Source: Ginglymostoma cirratum
Taxonomy: Eukaryota
Direction of reading: 5' to 3'
Assembly: GCA_024137785.1 (NCBI GenBank)
Contig: JAHRHZ010000116.1
Span: forward strand, 485,421-549,420
Length of the DNA stretch: 64,000 nt
Shown here: positions 13,390-25,837 of the stretch, piece by piece
Layout of the letters: every line of letters starts with the position of its first letter
Position numbering within the stretch: the stretch's first letter is position 1
Notes under the pieces: model-generated
Databases searched by the model: none
Told to the model about the DNA's origin: nothing
What the model saw: only the letters and a program-made list of their open reading frames with translations
Translations under genes and position numbers: made by a program

Positions 13390-13556
13390 AAACTATTTGC
13401 CTCGATTAATGTTCCCTAATCTCTGCCATAACGCAAAGACTTAGGTGTTGTCAGGAATATCTCTTTAGTGGTTCTCGGGTTGCGAACTGGAATGCATAAG
13501 GTCTAAGACTTTAAAGTAGAAAGCGGTCTTTAGCTCAGCATTGGAGTCACACAGTG
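13390..13556 (+). pseudogene. Very decayed V remnant ending in a perfect heptamer
   Basis: gcggtctttagctcagcattggagtca resembles AVYYCAL.. and is followed by CACAGTG at 13550-13556. The rest is barely alignable. Confidence 0.3.
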
Positions 13557-13578
13557 AAATGAGAGGGAGGTAAACTCA

Positions 13579-13709
13579 GAGATAGTAGGAACAGCAGATG
13601 CTGGAGAATCTGAGACGACGTTCTATAGAGCTGGATGAACACAGCAGGCCAAGCAGCATCAGAGGAGCAGGAAGGCTGACATTTCGGGCCTAGACCTTTC
13701 TTCAGAAAA
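13579..13709 (-). mobile_element. Short Penelope terminal-repeat insertion with an 11-bp target-site duplication
   Basis: Same family as 25222-26247. AGGTAAACTCA is duplicated at 13568-13578 and 13710-13720. Confidence 0.85.
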
Positions 13710-13979
13710 AGGTAAACTCATCTTGTCACCTTACTGCAGTTAGACATGTCCAGTAGACTACAATGTCCAATTCAGGTATTGCCAAAGACGAAGGCGTTTG
13801 GAGAAACTGCCGGTTCAACAGAAAGATGCAAGAGCTGAGAACCTCTCATATGAAAACAATTGAAAAATATAAGGTGATATCTTTTCATTACATAGGATAG
13901 AATGACAGTTAATTGACTTGCTGAGATTTCATTGTTTAAAATTTATTGATCGCACTTTATGTTTAAGTTCATTCACAGG

Positions 13980-14275
13980 TTGAGAGTCTCACTTCCAGGC
14001 CAATACTTATCGTCCATCCCAGAGGGAAAAAAGGAGTCAACCACATTGCTGTGGGTCTGGAGTTACATGTTGGCCAGACCAGGCAATGATGGCAGGTTTC
14101 ATCCTTGAAGTGAACCAGATTTTTTTTTCCCTACAATCAACCAGGTTATCATAGCTTTCATTAGACGCTTAATTGGGGAATTTTACTGAAACGAATTCGA
14201 ACGCCTGTCTCCAGACCAATGCTTGGATCTCTATATTAACAATCCAACAAAACACCACGAGGTCACTGCCTCCCC
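13980..14275 (-). mobile_element. Second tRNA-derived shark SINE family, decayed
   Basis: Shares ccacattgctgtgg.tctg.agt.acatgt.ggc with the copy at 17430-17780. Confidence 0.7.
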
Positions 14276-15109
14276 ATTGTTCTGGTTTCTACCAGTAGAC
14301 GATTAAAAAACAAGTTGACCTAACTGTAGAGGAGGATAAAGATGGGGAAAGTTGAGTTGTATTTATTTTACTGCGATTTGTTACGATCTGGAACACAATA
14401 TCCAATGTAATGGGGAAATAAGATTCAAGAATAAATTAACAAAATGTGCGATCTGAAAGATGAGGCGAGAAAGATGAGGCAATTCGATTACTTACTTTTA
14501 GAAGTTGCTATTCACTTCATAGTTCCCCAACACGACTTCTCGTGCACTGAACCACTCTCAGCCACCTGATTTTATCTGCAGCTGCACATTGAGCAGGTGT
14601 AGGTAATGTGCAAGCCTTCTTGATGCTCTGGCATGACTATTTCATTTCCATCATTGTATCTTCGGCTGGTGGCGCTGCTCCCAGTTTTGAGACGGCGGTT
14701 TTCTTGCTCAATTTTGCTCTGCAGGCTTATACTCGACACAATTTACGTTTATCATTAATTGATACCTTTGAGCGATTCTAGAGAAGTAGGTTGTGAGACA
14801 GGGATCAGTGTTTTGGCTCTAACAGGTAACTTCCTGCATTGATATGTAAACGTTTCTGGAATTCTCGTGGGATACAGATTCATGTAGCTCCTCATAATAA
14901 TAGCCTTAACGGTCATTTTCTTCTAATTCACTAAGCAATGCGAGTGAAGTGAGCACTCGGCTTATCTCCATTCACCTGCAGCCAACTATAACTTCTTTGG
15001 CCATAATTGATGTCATTGTTGGTAAAATGTTAATGATGACTTTTGGTGCTTACGATGATCAGAGAGTTTGATGCTGATGCTGATGCTGGTATCATTTTTG
15101 ATCTGTGTT

Positions 15110-15470
15110 CGAGTGTAGCTGCTATGGAACAATAGGACATCCAATGTCTGAAGTAACTGTCGTAAAAATAGATGATACCATGGTAAAGCACACTTTCAAT
15201 ACAAATGAACATGATCCTTGTGTGTTCTCGTGCAGTGATCACCTGGGATTTTTAAGGTTTCATAGAACTGATATAAAGGTTATAAATACCCTGAAACTGC
15301 CGTGTCTCTCTGCGCAATTAGGACCACACAGAGAAGCAGTCAATTCCCTACAATTCAAACAGACACCCAGATGGTGCCAGCTAGAAGGCGATTTATATGG
15401 AAACACGTTAAGAGCCATTCCATTTACAGTCTTTGTGAGATGGACTTTTCGCTGTATTTCATCTCTTCAG
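15110..15470 (+). pseudogene. Highly decayed V remnant
   Basis: GHPMSEVTVVKIDDTMVKHTFNTNEHDPCVFSCSDHLG resembles FR1-FR2. AIPFTV and gacttttcgctgtatttc resemble FR3. Possible leader donor ctaacag/gtaac near 14825. Confidence 0.4.
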
Positions 15471-15634
15471 AAAAAAAAAAAAACTCTCGGATTGTGAAAC
15501 ATTTCCCCTTTAATATGATGGTGTTTAATTCTCTTGAGTTCATTGAAAACCAGGTTCTTACTTCAAATGAGAAACGCTACCACAAATGCGTACCATTCTG
15601 AGTTTAGGACTTGTAATGACAATGAAAATAGAGA

Positions 15635-15995
15635 AGGACTGGTTGTGATAATGTCAATTGACAACTGATCCAGTGGTCCACATAAATGTTTTGCATTCAA
15701 AATGTTTGGTTTCAAAACCCTCCATTGCAGATACTTGCTATTGAAGTCAACGCATCAAATCCTGATTTAGATCGAATTTCATAGATGGTGACCGTGACGT
15801 AATAATAAACTGCTGGAAAAGCACACCTGATTCACGAACGTCTTTATGAAAACAAATCAGCCGTCCTTACTCAGCTTGCCCAATTTGTGACTGCAGATGC
15901 ACAGCAATACACATAACTCTGAACTGGCCTCTGAAAATGTCAGGCAAGAAAACAACGTAATGTCAATAACGAGTGGACAAAATTGCTGCCTATCT
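15635..15995 (+). mobile_element. Second SINE family, decayed
   Basis: ggtttcaaaaccc B-box remnant and ccgtccttac...tgtgact.caga..cacagcaat domain. Confidence 0.6.
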
Positions 15996-16119
15996 TTGTC
16001 ATGATCCCATGATAGAATATAAATAAATATCTAAGAGTAACAACAATTAACATTTATTACCATTTGCGAACAAGGCTAGGTGAAGGGAATTTCTGTATAG
16101 CAGTATATATGATGGTGAT

Positions 16120-16290
16120 TAAAAACCAAAAGAACTGCGGATGCTGTAAATCAGGAACAAAAACAAAGTTACTGGAAAAGCTCAGCAGGTCTGGCAGCAT
16201 CCGTGGAAGAGAAAACAGAGTTAACGTTTCGGGTCTGGTGACCCTTCCTCAGAACTCATGGTGGCTGGGAAAACGTTAGTTTATATGCAG
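16120..16290 (-). mobile_element. Penelope terminal-repeat fragment
   Basis: Near-identical to the ends of the 20.36-22.37 kb Penelope element. Confidence 0.85.
16218..16257 (-). ncRNA. Minimal type I hammerhead ribozyme motif (Penelope)
   Basis: GAGUU-CUGAGGA-A-GGGUC(ACCA)GACCC-GAAA-CG-UU-AACUC: intact core, 5-bp stems I and II, palindromic ACGU in place of stem III. Confidence 0.75.
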
Positions 16291-17429
16291 CCGCAGAGAA
16301 GGATTGGAATTTATATGATGGTGATTGATAGACATGTGAACAGCAGCCTGTCTACTTTTTGGCCAAAATTATGTGATGAGATGCAGTTGTAAAAACATGT
16401 CTGCGGAGAGAGAGGTGGAAAATGGAGAAGGTAGGTTTTCATGTTTACACATGAAAACATGGGACAAGATTATGGGGAATATGTTCACAGATTTAACGAT
16501 TCACAGTTCTGAATGCAGGTCTTTTTAAAGTTTGTTGATATAGGTGATATTTCCGCAACTATGTTACCATCATTGAACAGAAATGTGCGGCAATATCAAG
16601 TTTAAGCAGGGGTCAAACGACAACATACAATTCTTATTAATTATGACAAAGGAAGAAGAAAATAGATCAATGACGTTTTACCCAAAAATAGACATTGTTC
16701 AAGATATCCGAAAGATTAACTTATAAAACATTTCAACTTTAAAGCTGCGAAATTAAAAACAATCAAATTGTCTCAATGTGGCATGCTCCACATTTAGATA
16801 CATGAATAAAATTTTAATATTCTTAATAATTAAATTGAACATTCCACGTCAGGCATACAATTTAAGATCAAAACATTTAAACTGAAAATTAAGGAACTGC
16901 TGTCGGTTTCAACGTTTCAACCGACAAAATTTCCCCACAGCCAGCCATCTCCACCAAATTCGAAATGCTGTTCTATTTGAAAGGAAATACCAATCTAATC
17001 GCAGGAATTTCAAATCTCTAGACACGCACAATTTGCTTTCAATTCCAGGCATTCTAGCCGTGGGGCCCTACAAGTTTCCTGCCCCTTGGTGCCGTATTTT
17101 TGAGAAGGCCTCAAGCAGCAGCTTTTGCCGATTACAACGCTGATAAATATATCAAAACTATCATGTCCAGAAGCAAGGCAAATGATGTCCACCTTCGAGA
17201 TACCATTCTCCCTGAAATCAGGGAATCATGAAATGTCCTGAGGGCCCACTGCAATACATCGCAGAAAGGTGAGAGTGATTCCCACCTCCCCACGCCCAAC
17301 ACCCGTAGGGCAGTTAGTGTGATATTTTGTCATGACGTGTTTAGACTATGATTATCAGTCATCATACTGCTTTTTTAATGGCCATTTGTGGATCCCTGGA
17401 CAGCCAATTGCTAACTATTTTTTTTCCTG

Positions 17430-17780
17430 TATTCGTTAACTGGAGGAGGACATCGCTGGCTAAGCAGAATTTTTTGTCCATCCCTAATTGCCCAGAAGGC
17501 AGTTCAGAGTCAACCACATTGCTGTGGATCTGAAGTCACATGTAGGCGAGATCCAGCTAAGGATGGCAGTTTCAATCTCTAAAGGACATTAATGAACCAA
17601 ATGGGATACCACCCCCCACCCCCCAAGCAATCAGCAATGGCTTCATGGTCATCATTAGATTCTTAATTCCAGATTTTTTTTTCTTTTATTGAATTCAACT
17701 TCCACCATTTGCCGTGGCAGGTTTCGAACGCAGGTCCTCAGAATGTTAGCCAGGCGGCTGAATAAGCAGTCCAGCGATAA
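17430..17780 (-). mobile_element. Second tRNA-derived SINE family, near full length
   Basis: Minus strand begins gaggcaacggcctagtggtatt and has B box gttcgaaacc. Confidence 0.8.
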
Positions 17781-17834
17781 TACCACTAGGCCGTTGCCTC
17801 ATCAGAAACGAATTGTGCTGCAATGACCTGAAGA

Positions 17835-17873
17835 CGTTTTGGCATGGAATTTGTGTCTTTGCCTGTCACTATG
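17835..17873 (-). other. 23-RSS of the 17.9-kb V
   Basis: CATAGTG, 23-bp spacer, GCCAAAACG. The heptamer has lost the invariant CAC. Confidence 0.75.
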
Positions 17874-18169
17874 CTGACTCACCACACAATAATAAATTAT
17901 CCAATCGTCTGTGCTCAATTCATTTATGTTGAAGTAACCATACTTATTGTTTTTGTCTACAGTTGCCAAATAGCGTACTGATATCTTGAATTGCTTCAAT
18001 GCTGCTGATGCTATTATTCCCCAGCGTGGAGCCTGCCCTCACTTCTGCTGAAACCATTCCATGGTGTAAGTATCCAGTAATTTATATTCACAGCCTAACT
18101 GCGCTACACCGCCATTATGCTCATTGATTTCCATTGTAGATAGACTCGCTGGAAATGCACACAGTCTGC
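17874..18169 (-). pseudogene. TCR V pseudogene of a distinct family, single in-frame stop
   Basis: Acceptor ttcacag, phase 1: GRLCAFPASLSTMEINEHNGGVAQLGCEYKLLDTYTMEWFQQK*GQAPRWGIIASAALKQFKISVRYLATVDKNNKYGYFNINELSTDDWIIYYCVVSQ. TGA at 18039-18041. No clean leader found. Confidence 0.88.
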
Positions 18170-18287
18170 CTGTGAAGGAGATGTGCTATATTTAGAAACG
18201 CACATAAGTAAAACAAGACACTTCTGGAATTGCTTCTTTCGGAATTAACACAACATGTCTCCAAAATACAAATATCAAATACTAAAT

Positions 18288-18508
18288 AAAAACCAAAAGA
18301 ACTGCGGAGGCTTTAAATCAGGAACAAAAACAAAGTTGCTGGAAAAGCTCAGCAGGTCTGGTAGCATCTGTAAAGGAGAAAACAGAGTTCACGTTTCACC
18401 TCCGGTTCTGAGGAAGTGTCACTGGACACGAAATATTAACTCTGTTTTCTCCTTCATAGATGCTACCAGTCCTGCTGATCATTTCCAGTAACCTTGTTTT
18501 TATTCCTA
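18288..18508. mobile_element. Short foldback Penelope terminal-repeat element
   Basis: Two inverted copies of the terminal repeat. The right arm has a decayed hammerhead, ctgaggaagtgtcactggacacgaaat. Confidence 0.8.
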
Positions 18509-20358
18509 AATACCAAACACTAGTTTAACATGATTGGATCAGAATTCCAGAATTGTTCTGTTGGAAGAGAGATGCAGATCCTGGCCCTTTGTAATGCTGA
18601 TCAAGCCAACGGCAAACGTGTAAAAAGCACCAATGTCGTTTGCCAATATTTTAGGGCAGTCATACTGATCAGAGAGATGTAAGTAGACGGGAGATCTGCA
18701 CAGGGTTCGCTTGGTAGTGTCATCACAGTAGTTTCTTTCGCGGTTTATAATTGAAAACATTGAATTATATGTGACTATGAAACCCTCTGGTGGCAACATT
18801 GAAAACTTTACACAGTGAGCAAAGTGAACATCTCTCTCTGGGCCCATTTCTTGTGCATCTTATTGGAAAAATAGGTTGCAACCAAGTCAACTACTTAACC
18901 AAAGACGATGCCCCGTGTAGTATATCAAATCACGTACATTTCTGAGTTTTCATTTTCTCATCAATGACGTTTTGTTTCGATTTGTAAACTTGTATATCAT
19001 TCTGTCCATATCCTACCCTCTTTTTAGTTTCCCTAGTTGCCTCATTTTCTGTCCTCTGCTCGTATTGAATATGTTCTTTTTTAAACATTCATGTTGTCTC
19101 CGTATCCGGCGCGATTACTCTTCAGTTCCACCTATCAGTGTTTCTAGCATCCTTCATGTCGTGTCTTTATACATTTTATTTCAATATTGAGTGTAATAAA
19201 GCACATTGGCTCAATCCGAGGCTCACAACAAAATGTTTTTCGCGAAATAGTGATAAAGAAAATTAGAACCTCAATGTAAGTACTTATTTCTTTCTAGATT
19301 TTGCCATCAGACTCAGATTAAAATTAGACAAGCGTTTTGCAGGAAAATCCCCATCATTTGTACTTCAGAAGCATCGCAGGAATATGTGTAGATTAACTGC
19401 GAGCGGATTCAAAGGCCACTTAAAAAACTCCATGAATTAATCAGACAATTTACATCCTCATTTGGGGTGTCTTGCCGTAAAGTGAAAGCATCTCCTCCCT
19501 CTACGCCAGACTTTCTGGCGTGAAATTCTACCATAGGAAGTGCGAGTATGGTGGTCTGGCAAAGCACACACAAGCAGGTCCAATTAAAATGTTGGCTGTG
19601 TTGTCACTTCCTATCAGCAATTTTTTCTGAGAAAATTAATTGCACATGTAAATATAAAGAAAACTGATTTGGTGGAAGTAGAAATTAACAAAAACTTTTC
19701 GATTTGTGAGATAGGACTTCTGGGTGGAAAAAAGATAAGTAAAACGTTAAGCACTGCATTCGCCACGACAGGGTGTTAGGAGGTCGAGTTTAACCAATCT
19801 ACCATCAGGGTGGGTTAAACTAAAAATGTTTGCGCAATTGTTTAAATAAAACAATACTGTGAAATGCGATTCGCAATTTATTTTCGAAATGTATTGCCTA
19901 TTTGTTAGTCCATTTCTCCGAATGGCTTTTTTTTTGTCCTTTGCTCGTATTAGAACTGTACAGTTATTCCTGCTCTCTCTCTGTCCCAAATGAAAACTGT
20001 ATTTCATCCGTCTATGTTTCCAGTTTTGTTCATGACTCATCTTTGCAACTTTGTCTTCGATACTCAGCACGTTTGAAACACATTTGCTCGATTCTGGAAT
20101 AGCTGGCAAATAATAACCGAAGAAAATTGAAAGTTGCATTCTAAGAAAAAAAAAATAAAATATGTTACATTTGGAATCGAGTTATTTTGCATTGTGACAA
20201 GGACAGGTTACCAAGGCAACAGGGTCAGGAGGAATGTGATGAAGACCTTCAACATTGCTACTTTGTCTCCGTCATAGTAGTGTTACAGGAGTGGATAGTA
20301 GAAACAGCTGTCCACGCGTAATTCTGATGACTTGACTGTGGTGGATTCTATCCTTTTG

Positions 20359-22369
20359 CGAACAAAAACAAAGTTGCTGCAAAAGCTCAGCAGGTCTGGC
20401 AGCAACTGTGGAGGAGAGAATTGAGTTAACGTTTCGGGTCTGGTGACCCTTCCTCAGAACTAATGGTGGCTGTGAAAACGTCAGTTTATATGCCAAAAAT
20501 AAGGATGTGGGTAGGATAGGGAGTAATTGATAGGATAGAGCCCAAAGAGAGAGAAAGACAGTTGGACAGACAAAGGAGCTGCTAACACTCAGGCTAGCAG
20601 GGTGAATAGTTGTTACTGGGGACTGTTAGTGACTAACAACAGGGGATCTGTAGTGGCAGGCTAAGTGGTAATAAGGCCTGGTGTGTGCGGTGGGGGGCTG
20701 GGACACGGGAGAGTTTAGGCCCTAAAATAATTGAACTCAATATTGAGTCCGGAGGGCTGTAGGGTCCCCAAGAGGAAAATGAGCTGTTGTTCCTCCACTT
20801 TGCGTTGGGCTTCACTGGAACACTATAGCAAGCCGGAGATAGAGATGTTGGCCAGGGAGCAGGGTGGTGCATTGACGTGGCAGGCAAGAGGTAGTTCAGG
20901 GTCTTTTTCTGCGAGTAGAACGTAGATGTTCTGCGAAGTCGTCGCCAAGTCTACTCTTCATTTCCCCAATGTCGACGAGACCACATTGTGAGCAGCGAAT
21001 GCAGTAGACTAGATTATTGGAAGTGCAGGTGAAGTGTTACTTCACCTGAAGGGTATGTTTGGGCCCTTGGATACTGGGGAGGGATGAGGTCAATGTTCAG
21101 GTGTTACACCTTCGCCGGTTACAGGGGAATGTCCCCTAGGGCTGTGGCGAAGTGTTAGTGGTGAAGGAAGTGTAGACCATGGTGCCCCAAAGGGAACGGT
21201 CCCTGCAGAAGGCAGACAAGGGAGGGGAGTGGAATATGTGTCTGGAGGTGGCATCTTGCTGGAGGTGGCAGAAATGACGTCTGATGATCTTGTGGATGTG
21301 GATGATGGTGGGATGGTAGGTAGCGAAAAGTGGAACCCTATCGTTGTTGCGGGAGGGAAGAGAAGGGGTGAGAACAGAAGTGCGGGAGACGGGTCGGACC
21401 CGATTGAGGGCTCTGTCAACAACGGAGCTGGGGAATCCTCGGTTGAGGAAGAATGTGAACATTTCGGAGGCTCCCTTGTCGAATATGGCCTCATCTGAAA
21501 AGATGCAATGGAGACGGAGGAACTGAGAGAATGTGATGGATTCTTTACAGGAAGTGGGGTGTGAGGATGTATCGTCCAGGTAGCCATGGGAGTCGGTAGG
21601 TTTGTAATGGGTACCTCCTCCCTCCTCAGTATCCAAGGGCCCAAACATACCCTTCAGGTGAAGCAACATTTCACCTGCACTTCCAACAATCTGGCCTACT
21701 GCATTCGCTGCTCACAATGTGGTCTCCTCTACATTGGGGAAACAAAGCGTAGACTTGGCGACCACTTCACAGAACATCTACGTTCTACTCGCAAAAAAGA
21801 CCCTGAATTACCTGCTGCCAGCCACTTCAATGCACCACCCTGCTCCCTGGCCAACATCTCTGTCTCCGGCTTGCTACAGTTTTCCAGTGAAGCCCAACGC
21901 AAGCTGAAGGAACAATACCTTATTTTCCACTTTGCTATGCTAAAGCCCTCCGGACGCAATATTGAGTTCAATAATTTTAGGACCGAAACTTTCCCATGTC
22001 CCAGGGCCCCCACTCCACGCACTAGGCCTTGTTACCACATAGCCTACCACTACTCACCCCCTGTTGTTAGTCACTAACAGTCTCCATTAACAACTATTCA
22101 CCCTCCCAGCCTGATCGTTAACAAGTCCTTTGTCTGTCCAACTGTCTTTCTCTCGCTTTGGGCTCGATACTATCGCTTACTCCCTATCTCGATTACGGCC
22201 CTATTTTCGGCGTATAGACCGACGTTTTCCCAGCCGCCATCAGTTCGTGGAAGGGTCACCAGACCCGAAACTTTAACCCTGTTTTCTCCTCCACAGATGC
22301 TTCCAGACCTGCTGAGCTTTTCGAGAAACTTTGACTTACATCATCCGCAGTTTTTTTTTTTGGTTTCTT
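20359..22369. mobile_element. Penelope-like retroelement with inverted arms
   Basis: Minus ORF 21136-21669 (YKPTDSHGYLD..SSHP...SQFLRL, RGFP; RT C-terminus). Plus ORF 21586-22077 (YCIRCSQCGLLYIGETKRRLGDHFTEH; GIY-YIG). The arms are inverted copies. Candidate TSD TCCTTTTG at 20351-20358 and 22370-22377. Confidence 0.93.
20424..20461 (-). ncRNA. Minimal hammerhead ribozyme motif
   Basis: AGUU-CUGAGGA-A-GGGUCACCAGACCC-GAAA-CGUU-AACU. Confidence 0.75.
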
Positions 22370-22842
22370 TCCTTTTGTGGTTGTCCTGGGCAGATGAAAA
22401 TTTAATCCAGACAACAATGAGGTGGTAAGAGTGAATAGGCAACACAATATTTCGGCTACAGTTCTAAACAACGTTTCTGATTTAGTTCTCAATACCAGAT
22501 AAGTGGAGGTCACCACTTAGGAAGTTGGAATTCTAAGACTCCACTTCATCATAACGAACAATATGTTGAACTCAAATTCAGTTATTCCTCACGAATACCA
22601 GGCAATCTGGTTAATTATCTCTTTGATGGGCGAATTGTGTGACTGAGTGTGACTCTAAGATAATAAGTCTAAACCTTAATAGACTCCATGTTGTTCTGTA
22701 TGTGGGCAGAAACTACTTCAGTTTATGAAGATTTGCAAATGTCAGCGAAGACTGCACAATGCAAAGGAAATCTCTCGCCTTTAGTTCTTATACTCGAGGA
22801 AATGATGCTCATGACGTCTTATAACTTGATTGTGCTTGTGTC

Positions 22843-23232
22843 ACGACTCTGAGAAATCTAGTAACTCTATTGTGGCATAGAGTAGATAAGTCTCCAACAA
22901 ATTCAAGTCGCTCCTATTATGTTGTGAAAGATTCAGAACAGTAGTGAGCTTTGCCTCTGTTTCCGACTGATTTCCATTTTATTAGGGTCCCTGAAGAGGC
23001 AATTTATCAAATACAAATAGAGCATTTGAGCTGTGTTCTTGGTCTTTGATAGCACATCTGAACTGGTTACGTCTCTAGTTAGAGAGGCATCACTATATCT
23101 AACTCTATCAATGACGGAAATGATGGGGTCATTCGCTGCATTTACTGTTAGCACTGAGGTGGTAGGGTAATGTGCTCGTGAGTAGATTGTTAGTGATGTA
23201 TAATTCCAATACCTTTGTGTATCACTCCACAG
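22843..23232 (+). pseudogene. Possible very decayed V gene
   Basis: CRE-like TGACGTC at 22812, leader-like (acg)TLRNLVTLLWHRV-G/ataag, acceptor ttattag, then LSC, LNWLR and VYHS motifs in the expected order. Confidence 0.3.
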
Positions 23233-24619
23233 GAATGTGCGGTCTCTAGAGGAGATCCCTACTCCTCTCCATATTATGCTACTATTGCAGTAAAGGACCT
23301 GGAAATACACCTTGGATTCTGTCACATCATTGCCATCTATCTACGTAACAGGTTCTTTTCTACAGCCTTTCCCTGCACGTCCTCAAATTGCTTGCTTTTT
23401 TTTTTACTTTGAGAGGTACCCGATTGCTGCAGGCAGTATAGACAATGTTTAAATGTTGTTACCAAAGTACAGACTTTTGCGTAATGAATTACATTTATAA
23501 ATTTCCAGGTTTTTTTCTATCCTGTGATTTAATATAAGCTGCTGTCATTTGAATTTGCAGTCAACGTGAAGTTTTGTTCAACGGTTATGGGACCTTATTG
23601 TATCATGATAACTTATTACATCTCATTGTATCATCAACAACTTTACTGAGAAAAATGAAATTTGCTTCTATCTCTCTCCCTCTCGATCACGTAGCTTGTT
23701 ATTGTCTCAATGTCTTGTTTCTTTGGCTTACATTCTCCTTGACTTTCACGCACGGTAACATTTGCACAGACTTTGTTTTCACTTCAATGATACTAACCAA
23801 AAGGCAGTGAAAAAATGAGATGATCAAAATGAATGGATAATAAGAAGTACAGAGAGTACAGCAGACATACTGATAAACGAAGAGCCAGAGAGTGCATAAT
23901 CTACAAAGTGTTAGAGGCAAGAATGTTTTAAGAAAATGCCTGAGAGATCGAGAAGTAGGGGGTGGGGTGGAAGAGATCCAGGAAGAGATTCATGGAGTTA
24001 GAGACGAGCAGCATTGTTTGATAGAGGGAGAAACTTACAGGGAATGAGATAAAGTGAAGAGATTACATTAGTCAGAAACAAATAAGAGGGAGAAAGGAAG
24101 AACTCAAGAGAGAGAAAGAGTGGGATGTGGATGTAAAAGTAGAAATACAGTCTGTACCTTATGACATTGTTTAGGCAAGGCACTCTATTAATTGAGATAG
24201 GTGTTCAGATAATGTAAGAGGCTATTCTCCCTTTCAAAATTCGTCCGTGGCACCAGAGAAGAGGGAAAGATTTGCAGACAGAGACACTAAGGCTGATAAC
24301 GACAAATAGCAACAAATCACATCTGCTACAATGAGAGAAGGTCACGGTAAGAGGAGAATGGAGATGAAATATTCTGACAGAAGGATATAAGGCAGGATAT
24401 AGGCTAATCAGACATTTGGACCTTACCTGTCAGTCAATAACATTACGGACATTGGTCCACCTCGAATGAACCTTTCAACATTATGGCAAAACAATACCAT
24501 AATTCCACTTGTATTCAATTCAGCCATTTTATTTCGAACATGGGTTGTCACAGGTGTCCAACATTTTGTATTGAATATTCTGAGCTCTTCAGGTGGAGAA
24601 TTCAAACACATATGAATGT

Positions 24620-24905
24620 CGCAGTGGTCGAGTGGTTTGTACAGTGCCTGAGACCGGGTTTCAATTCCACCCTGAGGAAAATTTCTGTTTGGAGTTTTCA
24701 TATTCTTTCCATGCCTACGTGGGGTTTCTATGTGTACTCCGGTTTCCTCTCGCCATCCAAAGACGGGCAAGTTAGGTGGATGGCTCATGGTAATGTGCAG
24801 TTACATGGAGTGTGTAGGGAGGTGGGGTTGGGTGGGATGGACGTCATAGAATCGGTGTGGGGTCGATGAGATAAATGGTCTGCTTCCCCATTGTAGAGGT
24901 TTTAT
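24620..24905 (+). mobile_element. HE1/V-SINE-like SINE, decayed
   Basis: gggtttcaattcc B box and the tggagttt...tccggtttcctc...tccaaaga domain. Confidence 0.75.
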
Positions 24906-25286
24906 TATTCTGTGTGAAGTTATGAATGCTGTAATTTTGGTGTCAGTGGAATCATCCAGATAGTTATAATGATAAAGTTGGGAAGAACTTCAACTGGAAG
25001 TGAGATTGGCATGGCAGGAGTGTGCAGGAAGGACAGAAACATGAAGCGCTGGAGCCTGTCCTACAGCGATTCAGAGATTGACAGCATGTGTTGGTCTTGA
25101 CAGAACCGTATTTATTCTCTAAATGAAATGAAGTGCTGGATCTGCAAGTCATCATTTAGCTCCCCCACTCTCTTACATGTACATCATTTATTCATCCAAT
25201 CGGCTATGCCTCAAGCAAATAGAGACAACAAGGTGTACAGCTGGATGAACACAGCAGGCCAAGCAGCTTCATAGGAGTAGGAAAGC

Positions 25287-25318
25287 TTGACGTTTCGGGC
25301 CTAGACCCTTCATCAGAA
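25287..25318 (-). ncRNA. Minimal hammerhead ribozyme motif (GUC site)
   Basis: UU-CUGAUGA-A-GGGUCUAGGCCC-GAAA-C-GUC-AA. Confidence 0.7.
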
Positions 25319-25326
25319 AAAAAAAA

Positions 25327-25358
25327 TTCTGATGAAGGGTCTAGGACCGAAACGTCAA
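25327..25358 (+). ncRNA. Minimal hammerhead ribozyme motif (GUC site)
   Basis: UU-CUGAUGA-AG-GGUCUAGGACC-GAAA-C-GUC-AA. Confidence 0.65.
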
Positions 25359-25837
25359 ACTTTCCTGCTCCAATGATGCTGCTTGGCCTGCTGTGTTCAT
25401 CCAGCTCTACACCTTGTTATCTTGGATCCTCCAGCATCTGCAGTTCCTATTATCACTCAAGCAAATAGCAGGCGTTCAATTTGCAATGTCTCATATTCTC
25501 AGGCCAGTCCATAGCGGCAAAAGAGATCTTCTTGTACAATGTATTTTAATAAAGGTCTTTGAGCTGGGACAAGAAAGAGACACAGAGCTGAAGGCTATGG
25601 CAGAGAAAAATTGGGAAGAGAATTGCAGTGAAACACAGGAAGACGTATGTAAATCCCAGTTAACAAATTCTGACCTACACTACGATGGTGAAGGCCTCTC
25701 ATTTTGAGGAAAGTAATCAGATTTATGGGAAGCTAAAGTGTGGTCACAGTTTACTGCTGGTAGGAAAAAAAGAATACTACAGGCTAAGTTGTCTTGGAAA
25801 GGAAAGCAATGCATAAATCTGATTGGGTTTCAGGTTC

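Larger units (their letters stand above)
25222..25455. mobile_element. Palindromic Penelope terminal-repeat element with two hammerheads
   Basis: Two arms of about 100 bp, inverted around an A-run at 25317-25326. Confidence 0.88.

Noticed and set aside
22933-23325. Minus ORF containing SKTKNTAQMLYL, like IgH FR3
   Set aside because: No Cys, Trp or YYC at V-domain spacing; the plus-strand reading fits a decayed V slightly better.
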